64,000 nt of DNA from Promethearchaeia archaeon. Lineage in GTDB: Archaea > Asgardarchaeota > Lokiarchaeia > Sigyniarchaeales > SOKP01. The stretch spans positions 512,001-576,000 of the forward strand of contig JAHQWK010000001.1 of assembly GCA_029856145.1 (NCBI GenBank). Reading direction: 5' to 3'. Below, one piece after another: positions 30,240 to 40,687 of this stretch. The notes under the pieces are model-generated. The model did not search any database, was not told the DNA's origin, and was given only the letters and a program-made list of their open reading frames with translations. The translations under genes were made by a program, and so were the position numbers. Every line of letters starts with the position of its first letter. The first letter of the stretch is position 1.

Positions 30240-31979
30240 ATGAAAATGGAAAGGAAAAAGTTAGTGGTATATATTTTAATAGTATTATTCGTTGTTCTTG
30301 GTGTTGTAAACATTCTTAATGCTATGATGTATATCTATTTTGTTCCTGATTTGAAAGTTCTTAAAGTAGCAAGAACCGTCAACCCTGTTACCATGGACCC
30401 ATGTGATTCTTGGGATAATGTGTCAAACAATATGCTTGATCAAGTTGTAGAAACCCTAATTGCGTATAATTTATCTGACCCCACCTTTCCACTTATTGGG
30501 AGGCTTGCGGAATCGTGGTACTGGAGTGATAATGTATCATTAACATTCAAACTCCGAGAAAACGTATTCTTCCATGACGGTTCTAAATTTACTGCTGATT
30601 GCGTTTTACATTCTATCGAAAGAATTAATTTTTTCGGGAATGCGACCGGCACTTTAACAGATCCCCATCATATGGCGGCTCCACACTCTCTTTACAAATT
30701 TGCTGATGGAACACCCATCTTTAATGAGACCCTCAGTTTCATTACAGCTGATTTAAATGTTACTCTTGTGCTAAATCGTCCCTTTGGTCCTGTTGAAGGA
30801 TTATTGACCTATACAGCAAGTTCAATAGTCCATCCTGATTCTACTCCGGTCAATGAAATGTTAGTTCTTGGTGAAGACCTAGTCGTTGGAACAGGGCCAT
30901 TCAAATTAGTTTCTTATGTACCAAATTGGGAGGTTAAGTTTAAGCGTTGGGATAGATATTGGGATGAACCCGCTTATTGGAATGAAATCGTCTATGTCTA
31001 TTATGAAGATGCTGTCAACGTTAATACTGCTATGTTGGTTGGAGATATTGACTACTTAGGGCAGGGTATTGCAGCACTAAAAGAAATTTTTGAAAATAGT
31101 TCTAATATCACGGTTACTGGAGATGGAGTTCATGACTCTATCAATGGCTCTACCTATAACTATGTTCTATTTAAATCAGAATGGATAAATCATACTTGGA
31201 GAAAGGCGATTTGCCATGCGTTTAATTATTCCTATCTTATCCATAATCTCCTGGAAGACACCATTGTGAGAGCCCATTCATTAGTTCCTCCTGGATTTCC
31301 TGCGTATAATTCTTCCATGTTAGGTGGAACATATAATATTCCTTATGCCAGACAACTCATGCAGAGTATGGGTTATGGTTATACGGGTGGTGTTCCTTGG
31401 GATATAGGGTCTCAGATTGGAGATGTATTCATTCCTGGTGCGGATGAAAATCTATGGAAAGCAGCAGAATTTATACCAAATGTAGGAAACTTCTCTGATA
31501 ATTTATGGAATTTCTATCATCGACCAGGTAGCTATTTCTTGGAATCCCTCATACAACAATTTGAACATGATATGGATTTAATTGGAATTAAGGTAGGACC
31601 ATGCTTTTACTCGTGGGGAGAATGGCCTATACCACAAGACTTTTGGGAAAGAATCCACTTATGTTGGTTAAGCAGATATCCTGATTATTTTGAAACTTTC
31701 AACAGGATTGATTCATTAATCAACCCAGAATCTTCCCTCGATATCCATAAAATTGATAATGCTGAAATCAATGCTCTTTTAGCCACTACTATAGCTGAAA
31801 CTGATACTTTTAAGCGGTATGAATATTATGAGAAACTTCAATATTTAATTCATGACAAGTACTACTATCATATGCCTTTGTTTTATGATAAGCTCTACTA
31901 TGTCCATGCTGCCAGCTTGAAAGGATTTCCATATAATTGTATGAGGAATTTATACTGGTATCCAACTTATCGTGAATAA
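30240..31979 (+). CDS. ABC transporter substrate-binding protein, family 5 (peptide/nickel)
   Basis: TMDP, ETL, LAESW, FKLRENV.FHDGS.FTA, GTGPFKL, RKAI.HA. Confidence 0.9.
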   Translation: MKMERKKLVVYILIVLFVVLGVVNILNAMMYIYFVPDLKVLKVARTVNPVTMDPCDSWDNVSNNMLDQVVETLIAYNLSDPTFPLIGRLAESWYWSDNVSLTFKLRENVFFHDGSKFTADCVLHSIERINFFGNATGTLTDPHHMAAPHSLYKFADGTPIFNETLSFITADLNVTLVLNRPFGPVEGLLTYTASSIVHPDSTPVNEMLVLGEDLVVGTGPFKLVSYVPNWEVKFKRWDRYWDEPAYWNEIVYVYYEDAVNVNTAMLVGDIDYLGQGIAALKEIFENSSNITVTGDGVHDSINGSTYNYVLFKSEWINHTWRKAICHAFNYSYLIHNLLEDTIVRAHSLVPPGFPAYNSSMLGGTYNIPYARQLMQSMGYGYTGGVPWDIGSQIGDVFIPGADENLWKAAEFIPNVGNFSDNLWNFYHRPGSYFLESLIQQFEHDMDLIGIKVGPCFYSWGEWPIPQDFWERIHLCWLSRYPDYFETFNRIDSLINPESSLDIHKIDNAEINALLATTIAETDTFKRYEYYEKLQYLIHDKYYYHMPLFYDKLYYVHAASLKGFPYNCMRNLYWYPTYRE

Positions 31980-32152
31980 GACATATAGAAATGAGATATT
32001 CATTATTTTTGCTATTAATTACTTCTAAGGTAAAGTATGGATTTTTGAAATTTCTAAATTTTCTTTTTGTTTTCTGAACAATTAAAGATAATGAAATTTA
32101 TTTTAACGAATAACGTATTACAATTATATAAGAAATTAATGGATAATCCCAT

Positions 32153-32998
32153 ATGCAAATTTTTGAAGTAGTTGAATTACCAGAATTCCCTTACATGGAA
32201 ACAAGAGAAGTAGCTCAAGGACAGATAGTAAGTGATATTTTGAATGAAACAAACAATGAAAGAGTATATTTACTTGTAGATCACGATACTAAGAGGATAT
32301 GGGCATATAATGGACCAAAAAGTTCTTTTAAAGTTCAAATTTATGGTGGAATCTTAGCGGGAAAGTTAAGGCAGCAACTGAGGTTATTTTATAGGGTATA
32401 TCCCCTCAATATGTATTCACGAGAAGATAAGGAATTTCAAGAAATACTTAAAAAACCGATTGGTGGAGGAAGAGCTAATCCGATCGAAAAAAAAGATTTT
32501 CCAGAACCTACTCCTGATAAATATGTAACAGATATTATAATCTCAAACCCGAAAATAAATAAAGCTATAGAATATATCAATGAATTTCCTAATCCAGATA
32601 ACCTTTTGAGGAGATTCATGATAATAGGAGGATCAATATTTACTGATGAAGAAGTAACTGAATCTTTTTTAAAAGAAGAAAAAACAAGCTTAAAGATTAT
32701 TAAACTAGGAAGATTAAATAATGGATTTACTTATTTTCAAGATCATAATTATTCTACTCGATTAATTATAAAAGAAAGAAATATTCAAGGTATTGAGTTA
32801 TTTATTCATAAAGACGATAAATCTCCTACTTTTAAAATTGATATCCCCGTTATTCATGAAGATAAATTTAGTAAACCCGGTTCTATGAAATCATTAATTA
32901 AAGCGTTTCAAATCCCAAAGCAAATGAAAATCTCTAAAGAGAACTATAAAGACACTCAAGAGAAGGACAAAGTTAATCAAAATGATTCTATTGATTAA
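32153..32998 (+). CDS. Divergent gelsolin-like domain protein with uncharacterised C-terminal beta domain
   Basis: [23 protein letters not shown]...EF.EIL resembles the gelsolin core. Confidence 0.55.
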   Translation: MQIFEVVELPEFPYMETREVAQGQIVSDILNETNNERVYLLVDHDTKRIWAYNGPKSSFKVQIYGGILAGKLRQQLRLFYRVYPLNMYSREDKEFQEILKKPIGGGRANPIEKKDFPEPTPDKYVTDIIISNPKINKAIEYINEFPNPDNLLRRFMIIGGSIFTDEEVTESFLKEEKTSLKIIKLGRLNNGFTYFQDHNYSTRLIIKERNIQGIELFIHKDDKSPTFKIDIPVIHEDKFSKPGSMKSLIKAFQIPKQMKISKENYKDTQEKDKVNQNDSID

Positions 32999-34328
32999 TC
33001 CTCGAACTTCAAAACCTTCAGAAGTTCGCACACAATTTTTTAGAGAGCCTAATTTAGGAATACTCTACTTAGCTGCAATTTTAGATTTAAATGATATTCC
33101 AGTCGATATTTTAGATCTTGAGCAATTCATAGATTTAAATGATAATGAGTTGGAAGATGTAATCAAAGAAAGAATAACCAATTATAAGATATTTGGGATT
33201 ACCTCTCTAACAAATACCATATATCTTGCATTAAATATCGCAAGAATTATAAAAACTCAAGATAAAGAGAATATTATTATTTTGGGTGGCCCCCATGTCT
33301 CATTTACATATAGAGATATCCTAGAACATGATAAAAAAACTGAAAATTTGATTGATTATATTTGTACTAGAGAAGCTGAGAATTCTTTTCTACAATTGGT
33401 TAAAATATTAACATCTGAATTGTTAAATAAAAAAAAGGTAAATAATTATGAAGTTCAATTACGGGTCATTAACGGCCTCGCCTTTATTGATTCTAAAGGA
33501 AAGCTCGCTGTCAACCCTACAATAGACCATATTAAATTAGAGAAATTGCCATTACCAGCGCGTTATAAATTATCTCAAGAAAATTATTATTACACTGTAG
33601 CTAATGTTATAGTTAATAGAGGCTGCCCAAATCAATGCTCATTTTGTTCAAGACAAAACCTATTTAAAACTACGAGAATCAGAACTATTGAATCAATTTT
33701 GAAAGAGATTAGAGATATCCTATCTTTGCAGACATATAATCATATTAACTTTTACGATAATATCAATATTAATAAAGAATTCTTCAGAAATTTCTGCAAA
33801 ATGTTTATTGAACATAAATTAACAATTCCTTGGGGTTGTGAAATCCGTGTAGATTCAATCACTTCTGAAGAAGCTCGGTTATTGAAAGAAGCAGGATGTA
33901 GATTAGTAGCAACTGGAATAGAATCTGCAAATGAGACTGTTCTAAAAACAAATTTCAAATATCAAGATCCAGAACGCGTTAGAAATGGTATTATAAGTCT
34001 AAAAAAAAACAATATTGCAGTTCAAGCATATTTTGTATTAGGTTTACCCAGTGAAACTGAAAACAGTTTTTCTGAAACAATAGAATATATAAAATCTTTG
34101 CCATTAGACGAGAATGATGAATTGAATTATTTTGTGGCAACTCCATATCCTGGATCTCGTTTATGGGATGAAAAAGAACATTTTCAAATAACTATATTCG
34201 AAAAAAATTTTACTAAATACGATTGTAATCATATTATATTCGAGACAAAAGAATTAAATAAAGAGAAATTAGAAGTACTATACAATTATGCAAAAGATAT
34301 TGAGAAAGAATACCAGCGGAAAATATAA
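32982..34328 (+). CDS. B12-binding domain radical SAM protein
   Basis: [38 protein letters not shown]. Confidence 0.92.
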   Translation: MILLINPRTSKPSEVRTQFFREPNLGILYLAAILDLNDIPVDILDLEQFIDLNDNELEDVIKERITNYKIFGITSLTNTIYLALNIARIIKTQDKENIIILGGPHVSFTYRDILEHDKKTENLIDYICTREAENSFLQLVKILTSELLNKKKVNNYEVQLRVINGLAFIDSKGKLAVNPTIDHIKLEKLPLPARYKLSQENYYYTVANVIVNRGCPNQCSFCSRQNLFKTTRIRTIESILKEIRDILSLQTYNHINFYDNININKEFFRNFCKMFIEHKLTIPWGCEIRVDSITSEEARLLKEAGCRLVATGIESANETVLKTNFKYQDPERVRNGIISLKKNNIAVQAYFVLGLPSETENSFSETIEYIKSLPLDENDELNYFVATPYPGSRLWDEKEHFQITIFEKNFTKYDCNHIIFETKELNKEKLEVLYNYAKDIEKEYQRKI

Positions 34329-34354
34329 TTCAAAATAATAACCTAAAACGGTGT

Positions 34355-34687
34355 ATGTCAATCCCAAGCGATTTTACAGAGCAAATTATTCACATTATTA
34401 AATCTATTCCAAAGGGAAGAGTTCTCACATATGGATTTATTGCTAAATTAGCAGGAAATCCAAGAGCCGCTAGACAGGTTTCATGGATTTTACATTCATC
34501 ATCCAAAAAATACAACTTACCATGGCATCGTGTCATTAGTTCAAATGGTAAAATCTCGCTAAAATCATTCGAAGACCGTCAATATCAAAAAAATCTACTA
34601 GAACAAGAAGGAATTAAGGTTCTAGATGGATTTAAAGTGAATCTTGAAAAATACTTATGGAAAATTAATTCTATTGAAAACCTGTAA
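34355..34687 (+). CDS. Alkyltransferase-like protein (ATL, MGMT family)
   Basis: IPKGRVLTYG.IA, ARQV, PWHRV (Trp replacing the catalytic Cys). Confidence 0.9.
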   Translation: MSIPSDFTEQIIHIIKSIPKGRVLTYGFIAKLAGNPRAARQVSWILHSSSKKYNLPWHRVISSNGKISLKSFEDRQYQKNLLEQEGIKVLDGFKVNLEKYLWKINSIENL

Positions 34688-34703
34688 AATAGAATTTTTG
34701 AAA

Positions 34704-35006
34704 TTATAGATTACGTGCTCTATGGGGTAAGCAGCTTGGAAATGTCTGAAAAAATACAGAAAATGCAATAGCTTCTTTACCTTCTTGAAAGAGTTTTCTA
34801 ACACTTTCTAAATTTTCTTTCTGGGTGATTATCTCCCTATTAGGAGAACCCAATTGTTCAAGCATTTTAATTCTTGATTGGAAATGTTCAATTAATCTAT
34901 TTCCATTATTTTTTCTAAAATTTCTAAAATCTTTTCTACAAGCTACTACAATATTACCATAACCCGGCTTTTTAGGGAATTTTCCCTCCGTCATCGTATA
35001 TACCAC
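34704..35006 (-). CDS. Hypothetical protein
   Basis: 100-aa ORF filling the gap, GGTGA SD upstream. Confidence 0.55.
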   Translation of the reverse strand: MVYTMTEGKFPKKPGYGNIVVACRKDFRNFRKNNGNRLIEHFQSRIKMLEQLGSPNREIITQKENLESVRKLFQEGKEAIAFSVFFQTFPSCLPHRARNL

Positions 35007-35286
35007 TTATATTTCACCGTTCAATCAATAAATTTCAATTTTTTTTCTTTGATATAAATGTCAATTCAAGTATATATAATTTGCGTATTCTCTGAAAAAA
35101 ACACAATTAAATCGTGATTATCAACGATCTTTACAAATATTTCTTCTTTCTATTTTACATTTCAATCAAGGATAATTTTATTAATAGAAGATTAACTCTA
35201 GGTTATTGGAGATAATATTATCTCAAAAATACACTGTTATAAATAGAAAATATATACTAATTAATCAAAAAGTAAAGAATTTAATT

Positions 35287-36582
35287 ATGGCAAAAACTGA
35301 CTATTTTATCGGAGAAGCCCTAATAGGAGATCCCCCTAATCTAGCTCATGTAGATTTAATAATTGGTTCAAAAGATGGACCTGTAGGAATTTCTTTCGCA
35401 AATGCACTGAGCAATCCTTCAAAGGGACACGGTGGTTTGCTAGCTGCTATACGCCCAAATCTCTTATCTAAACCAGTGAGCCTTATAGTGCCTAAAGTTA
35501 CGATATCGGATATGGCAGATGCCAACAAAATATTTGGTCCAGCTCAGGCAGCGGTAGCAAAAGGTATTGCTGATGGTGTAGAAGAAGGTTTAATCCCAAT
35601 GAATAAATTGGATGATTGGGTAATAATTGTAAGTGTGTTTATACATCCTGAAGCCACAGATTACCGAAAAATCTACCAATTTAACTATGGTGCCACAAAA
35701 CTAGCAATTCAGAGAGCACTTAAAAACTATCCTCCAATAGAAAAGATATTTTATGATAAAGACCGAGCTAAACATCCAGTTGCTGGAATTAGAGTACCCA
35801 GACTTTGGCGTCCACCCTATATACAAGTAGCATTAGATCATCCTGCGTTGGAAAAACAAATAAAAGTAGTTCAACAATTACCAAAGAGTGACCGAATAAT
35901 TTTAGAAGTTGGAACTCCATTTCTTAAGAAATATGGCGTTGAATCAATTAAACAAATTCGAGAAGTTGCTAAAGAAAAATTTATTGTTGCTGATTTAAAG
36001 ACCTTAGATGTTGGAAAATTAGAGGTTGATTTTGCATTTGATGCAACTGCTGATGCGGTAGTAGCAAGTGGATTAGCAGCTAACGCTTCTCTTAACAAGT
36101 TTATTTTAGAAGCACAAAGACTTGGAATTCATGCTTTTGTTGACACAATGGAAGTTCAGAATCCTATTGAGAAGTTAGCTTCTCTAAAACAGACACCTGA
36201 TGTGGTAATTCTTCATAGAGGAATTGATGTTGAACAATCTGCAATAGGAGACAAATCTCCTGATGCCTCTCAAAAAGCCAGATGGGCGTTAGTTCCGAAA
36301 ATTAAAGAATTATATGCGGGTCAAAAGAAAGCTTCAGGTAGAGATAGAGTATTGGTTGCAGTCGCTGGAGGTATTGAGCCAAGTACTGCGGCTTATGCTA
36401 TAGAACAGGGAGCAGATATCCTTATTGTGGGTAGATTTATAGCTAGCGCAAAAGATGTTGAATTTGCTATGAGAAGAATGCTTGGAGTTCTTCCAGGTTA
36501 TCAAGATATTGATCTAAAAAGGATTCATTCTGAAGATGATGATAATACGGTTGAAAAAGCAGGCGGTCCTAAATGGGACTAA
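35287..36582 (+). CDS. fae-hps: Bifunctional formaldehyde-activating enzyme / 3-hexulose-6-phosphate synthase
   Basis: IGEALIG..AHVDL.IG, FGPAQAAVA, NYGATK.AI; then QVALD, EVGTP, ADLKTLD, HRGID, AGGI; start set to the ATG of MAKTDY. Confidence 0.93.
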   Translation: MAKTDYFIGEALIGDPPNLAHVDLIIGSKDGPVGISFANALSNPSKGHGGLLAAIRPNLLSKPVSLIVPKVTISDMADANKIFGPAQAAVAKGIADGVEEGLIPMNKLDDWVIIVSVFIHPEATDYRKIYQFNYGATKLAIQRALKNYPPIEKIFYDKDRAKHPVAGIRVPRLWRPPYIQVALDHPALEKQIKVVQQLPKSDRIILEVGTPFLKKYGVESIKQIREVAKEKFIVADLKTLDVGKLEVDFAFDATADAVVASGLAANASLNKFILEAQRLGIHAFVDTMEVQNPIEKLASLKQTPDVVILHRGIDVEQSAIGDKSPDASQKARWALVPKIKELYAGQKKASGRDRVLVAVAGGIEPSTAAYAIEQGADILIVGRFIASAKDVEFAMRRMLGVLPGYQDIDLKRIHSEDDDNTVEKAGGPKWD

Positions 36583-36660
36583 TCTAATTTTTTTTAGATC
36601 TCCATTTTATCAAAAATAATTAATAAATATTAAAAAAAAAAAATAGGAAAAAAAAGGTAA

Positions 36661-37458
36661 TTATTTAATTTTTTTAGCTTCTTCTATCCATTCTTCAATT
36701 TCTTCTAATCTAGGAGGTTTCCTAAACACATCTGGTTTCTTTTTATCTAATTCCATTATTCGATCTAGAGTATTTTTAGGATTTCGTTGCGCAAATTCTT
36801 TTACGCTATCAATTCCAATCTGATTAAGAACATCTGCATATTCCGGACCTACCCCTCCTATTCTCATTAAATCCGCATGTTCTGCCCACTTATCTATCAA
36901 CTTCTCTGAAATCTTAGTCGTTGCTGATAAACTTTTAATTTTAACTGAATCTATTGATATTAAATTCTCAACCTTGGAATATCCTGCTTTTTCTAATGAT
37001 TTAGAAAATTTATCACCAATTCCTTCAATTTCCACGATACGAGTTAATTTAGGACTTGTTTTAGCTTTCTTCTCTGTATACATTTCTTTTGCTTGACTAA
37101 CCCAACCATTAATATCTTCTACTCTAGGGATTTTTCTAACTACATCAGGCTGTTCTTTATCAAATTTAACAATTCTATCTAAAGTATTTTGTGGATTTCT
37201 ATACGAAAGTTCTTTTATGGAATCAATTCCAACTCTATTTAATACTTCGGAATATTCAGGACCAACACCCTTGAGCTCCATTATTTCTGCTTGATCTTGC
37301 CATTTTTCAAGCAATTTTACTGAGATCTTTGTTTTTCCTGCTAACTCTTTTATTTCTCGCCATGTTAGGGGTATTAAATTTTCTACTTCCGCAATCCCCT
37401 CCTTCTCTAAGATTTTAGCATATTTTTCCCCAATTCCTTCAATTTCAATAATTTTCAT
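36661..37458 (-). CDS. Tandem DUF4332 (helix-hairpin-helix) domain protein
   Basis: Two ~130-aa copies: I.EIEGIG.K...ADLMRI.GVGPEY..L..GIDS.KE..RNP. Confidence 0.85.
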   Translation of the reverse strand: MKIIEIEGIGEKYAKILEKEGIAEVENLIPLTWREIKELAGKTKISVKLLEKWQDQAEIMELKGVGPEYSEVLNRVGIDSIKELSYRNPQNTLDRIVKFDKEQPDVVRKIPRVEDINGWVSQAKEMYTEKKAKTSPKLTRIVEIEGIGDKFSKSLEKAGYSKVENLISIDSVKIKSLSATTKISEKLIDKWAEHADLMRIGGVGPEYADVLNQIGIDSVKEFAQRNPKNTLDRIMELDKKKPDVFRKPPRLEEIEEWIEEAKKIK

Positions 37459-37630
37459 TTTATCTTCCTCTAATTATTTTAATATTAGAATTATAGTAAG
37501 TATATAAAAATATTATATGTTCTTTTTTAATCTTTTACTCAATTAAAAATAAATTTACATTTTGTATCTTTATTAAAATTGATTGAGATTTAGATAATCT
37601 GAGAAATGATTATTTCATTATTTTTCATTT

Positions 37631-38881
37631 CTATTGCAGTTGTAATTTGAAAATTTTATCATTTTTTTTAACTGGGTTATCAACAATGATCCCAACAGCT
37701 ATTCGCTCTTTTTTAGATGAAACAAATGGAGTTTCGGTTAGATTTTTCTTTTGCTTAATCTGAATAGAGCTAATTTCTTGTCTTAAATATGTATCTGTAT
37801 GCGTACCAATAATAAAAATCTCATCGTTTAACATTAATTTCCCTGACGTTAAAAGAATTTTAGCTGCTTTTTTTTCTGGGAAGTAATTTAAGACTTTACC
37901 AATCTCAATTTTTTTGTACTTTGAGATGTTTCCATCAAATTCTCTTTGTATTTCACTCCCTTTTGGTAATCCAAGATAAAATCCTGTAGAAAAACCTCGA
38001 TTATATACTTTATTTAAACGTTTGAGCCAATTTTTAACCTTTTCTTGTGAAAAAGTATTATCATAAAAAGATTCAATAGCTTCTCGATAACATGAGGTTG
38101 TTTCTTCAATATATATTGGATCTCTCATTCGACCTTCAATTTTAAAAGCGTCTATATCAGCTTCAATTAATTTTGGAATATGCTCTATCATGCAGAGATC
38201 CTTTGTGTTAATAAAAAAAACTCCGTCATAAAGAAATTCATTGTTTTGGTCGTCATAAACGCGCCATTTTCTTCTACATGGTTGAATGCACTTCCCTCTA
38301 TTTGCTGAATAATCTTGAGATTGACAAGTTTCAGCAGAAAAATAACATCGACCTGAGATTGAAGTACACTGAGCCCCATGAACGAAAGTTTCGATTTCAG
38401 TTTTATTTAATATATGTTTAATTTCTTTTATTTGGTCTAATAATAATTCCCGTGCTAGTATTAATCTTTGGGCTCCTAATGTTTCATAAAATATTGCCGT
38501 TCGAGAATTAGAAATATTAGCTTGAGTAGAGATATGAAAATCTAAACCTTTTTCTTTCGCTAACTGGATAGCACCAATATCGTGAATGATTACAGCGTCA
38601 ATTTCAGCTTCTACAGCTTTATCTAATATCTGATCTAAAAGAGGGAATTCATTTTCATAAATTACTACATTTGTAGTGAGATACGCATGAGTATTATTAT
38701 CATGACAAGTTTTTACAATATTGTTTAAATCTTGTAGTTTAAAATTGTCACTGTACATTCTCATATTAAACGATTCAACTCCAAAATACACAGCATCAGC
38801 TTTACCTAACACTGCGCTTAAAGATTTATAATTTTTTAAAGGAGCCATTAATTCGACTCTTTTTCCATTTGTATTTTTCAT
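37631..38881 (-). CDS. U32 family protein (TrhP/RlhA-like hydroxylase)
   Basis: ELMAP, ADAVYFG, HISTQA, FVHGAQC.S.SGRC, NRGKCIQPCR, KIEGR. Confidence 0.92.
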   Translation of the reverse strand: MKNTNGKRVELMAPLKNYKSLSAVLGKADAVYFGVESFNMRMYSDNFKLQDLNNIVKTCHDNNTHAYLTTNVVIYENEFPLLDQILDKAVEAEIDAVIIHDIGAIQLAKEKGLDFHISTQANISNSRTAIFYETLGAQRLILARELLLDQIKEIKHILNKTEIETFVHGAQCTSISGRCYFSAETCQSQDYSANRGKCIQPCRRKWRVYDDQNNEFLYDGVFFINTKDLCMIEHIPKLIEADIDAFKIEGRMRDPIYIEETTSCYREAIESFYDNTFSQEKVKNWLKRLNKVYNRGFSTGFYLGLPKGSEIQREFDGNISKYKKIEIGKVLNYFPEKKAAKILLTSGKLMLNDEIFIIGTHTDTYLRQEISSIQIKQKKNLTETPFVSSKKERIAVGIIVDNPVKKNDKIFKLQLQ

Positions 38882-39030
38882 CCTTTTTAGTTCATAACTC
38901 CAACTTTTTGGTTAATTTAATTATATTCAATTTAAGAATTTCTAAATCGATATATACTCCAATATTACATTTAATTATTTACAATATCAATTTTATTTTT
39001 ATCTAAATAATAATAAACTAATTTCAAATT

Positions 39031-39489
39031 GTGTCTGTAGAAAGTAAGAAATATAGTGATTTAAAACTTAACTTTGCTAAATTTTTACCCAAAGTTCATA
39101 CTAAAAACGGTACTTATATTTTTCATCCTGGATTTATTTATCAATCTCTATTAAAGGAAACTAATATTTCTAAATTTAATGCGAAAAAAATAACAGAACA
39201 AGTACTACGATTTTTAGTTTCCGTAAACTTGAAACTGATAACTGCCCCACTTATCAGAGAAGTGGTAAATGTTCATTTACTCAAGAACGGGTTTGAGAAT
39301 GAGCGATTGCAGTATACACGAATAGGATTACCTGTTTATGATCTAAACCAAATTTTTAATGAGCGGATTGAATCTAAAGAAGTAGTCTCGGAGATTATGA
39401 ATTGGATAATCACAGAATTTCATGAAGTAAATAAATTGATTAACAAGGATGAAAAAATCTCTACTGTTAGAAAAATATATAAAAAATAG
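39031..39489 (+). CDS. Stand-alone ATP-cone domain protein (NrdD N-terminus-like)
   Basis: SLLKET...ITAPLIREVVN..L...G.E..R.QYTRIGLPVYD. Confidence 0.8.
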   Translation: MSVESKKYSDLKLNFAKFLPKVHTKNGTYIFHPGFIYQSLLKETNISKFNAKKITEQVLRFLVSVNLKLITAPLIREVVNVHLLKNGFENERLQYTRIGLPVYDLNQIFNERIESKEVVSEIMNWIITEFHEVNKLINKDEKISTVRKIYKK

Positions 39490-39634
39490 AAGAAAAATTA
39501 ATTATAATATTTAATATTTAAGCCACTGGTGGCTTATAGTCAGAATCCTCCGGATGATAATTTCAAAAACTTAAGGTAAAGTAAATAAAAAATCCAACAC
39601 CAGTGTATAAAACTATATATATTTTAAATCCTTA

Positions 39635-39859
39635 GTGCATTTTATGCCAAAATGCCCTTTTTGTGAGACCGATATTTTTTTAGAGGATTTTTTTCATACA
39701 ATCGTTAAAGAAACTAAAAAAGGAAAAATAAAAAAGAAAGTAGGAGAATTTAAAGGAGAAAGCATGCCTATAGGATTTAAAAATTATGTAAAAATGTGGA
39801 CATGTCCATCGTGCGATAAGATTCTAGGTTTTTCAGAATATATGTGGGATTCTGCTTAA
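39635..39859 (+). CDS. Small Zn-ribbon protein
   Basis: CPFC...CPSCDKILG; true start probably the ATG at 39644. Confidence 0.75.
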   Translation: MHFMPKCPFCETDIFLEDFFHTIVKETKKGKIKKKVGEFKGESMPIGFKNYVKMWTCPSCDKILGFSEYMWDSA

Positions 39860-39879
39860 TAAATATAGTAAAATTTGAT

Positions 39880-40401
39880 TCATAAAATTATTCCGCAATG
39901 TGGACAAATTGATGCATCTGGATCGATCGGATTTCCACATTCCTGACATATTTTATTCTGAGATTTAACCGGTAAATTCATTGATCTGATATCATCTTCC
40001 TTGCTGACAATTGATTTCACTAATTCCGTAGGAGATTGAGTAAAATGTGAATAAATCACACCTATTATTACAATTATAAGCATAACTGATAAAATTATTA
40101 TCGGAATGACCATTGTGATATGAAAAAATGGGAAAGTAGCAACGATTATAATCGTAATTACTAAAAAAATAGCAATTGGAAGGATACATATTAAAGATCC
40201 TAATAAAGAAGGTTTGGAATTTGGAGTTCCAAGATTGTGATAACAGGCTCTGCAATACATATGACTAGTAGAATATTTATCTCTACCTCTACCATGAGTT
40301 ATATTAAAATTTTTCTTGCATCTTAAGCAAATTGGCTTATGACATTTTTCACATTTTATAGTAGCATCTACTTCTGGATGATTATAGCATTTTAAACTCA
40401 T
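39880..40401 (-). CDS. B-box-like Zn finger + 2 TM + C-terminal zinc ribbon protein
   Basis: CYNHP..C..C..PIC..C...YC..C; two TM helices; CQECG...CPHCG. Confidence 0.8.
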   Translation of the reverse strand: MSLKCYNHPEVDATIKCEKCHKPICLRCKKNFNITHGRGRDKYSTSHMYCRACYHNLGTPNSKPSLLGSLICILPIAIFLVITIIIVATFPFFHITMVIPIIILSVMLIIVIIGVIYSHFTQSPTELVKSIVSKEDDIRSMNLPVKSQNKICQECGNPIDPDASICPHCGIIL

Positions 40402-40687
40402 CGATATGTATTCTTTAATTAAAAAAATATATAAATCTTTTTACTAGATTTTGACCAGAATTTGAAAAACCTTGTAAACTTATTCATTTAAAATGAATAA
40501 TTCATCTTAATGATTTAACAAAGACTTTCTTATCTATCCGACTATATAAACCTATTACTTTCAACCTAATTTCCTTTAAGCTTTTAAAGTTAATCTATAA
40601 AAGGCATAAAGAAAAAATATATATAAAAATAAGGGATTAGAAGTAGGACCTTATTACTTCACTCCTGAGTATTTTGTTTTTAGAGCA

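Noticed and set aside
35206-35286. 27-aa N-terminal extension of Fae-Hps from a TTG start
   Set aside because: AT-rich and promoter-like; Fae homology begins at the ATG at 35287
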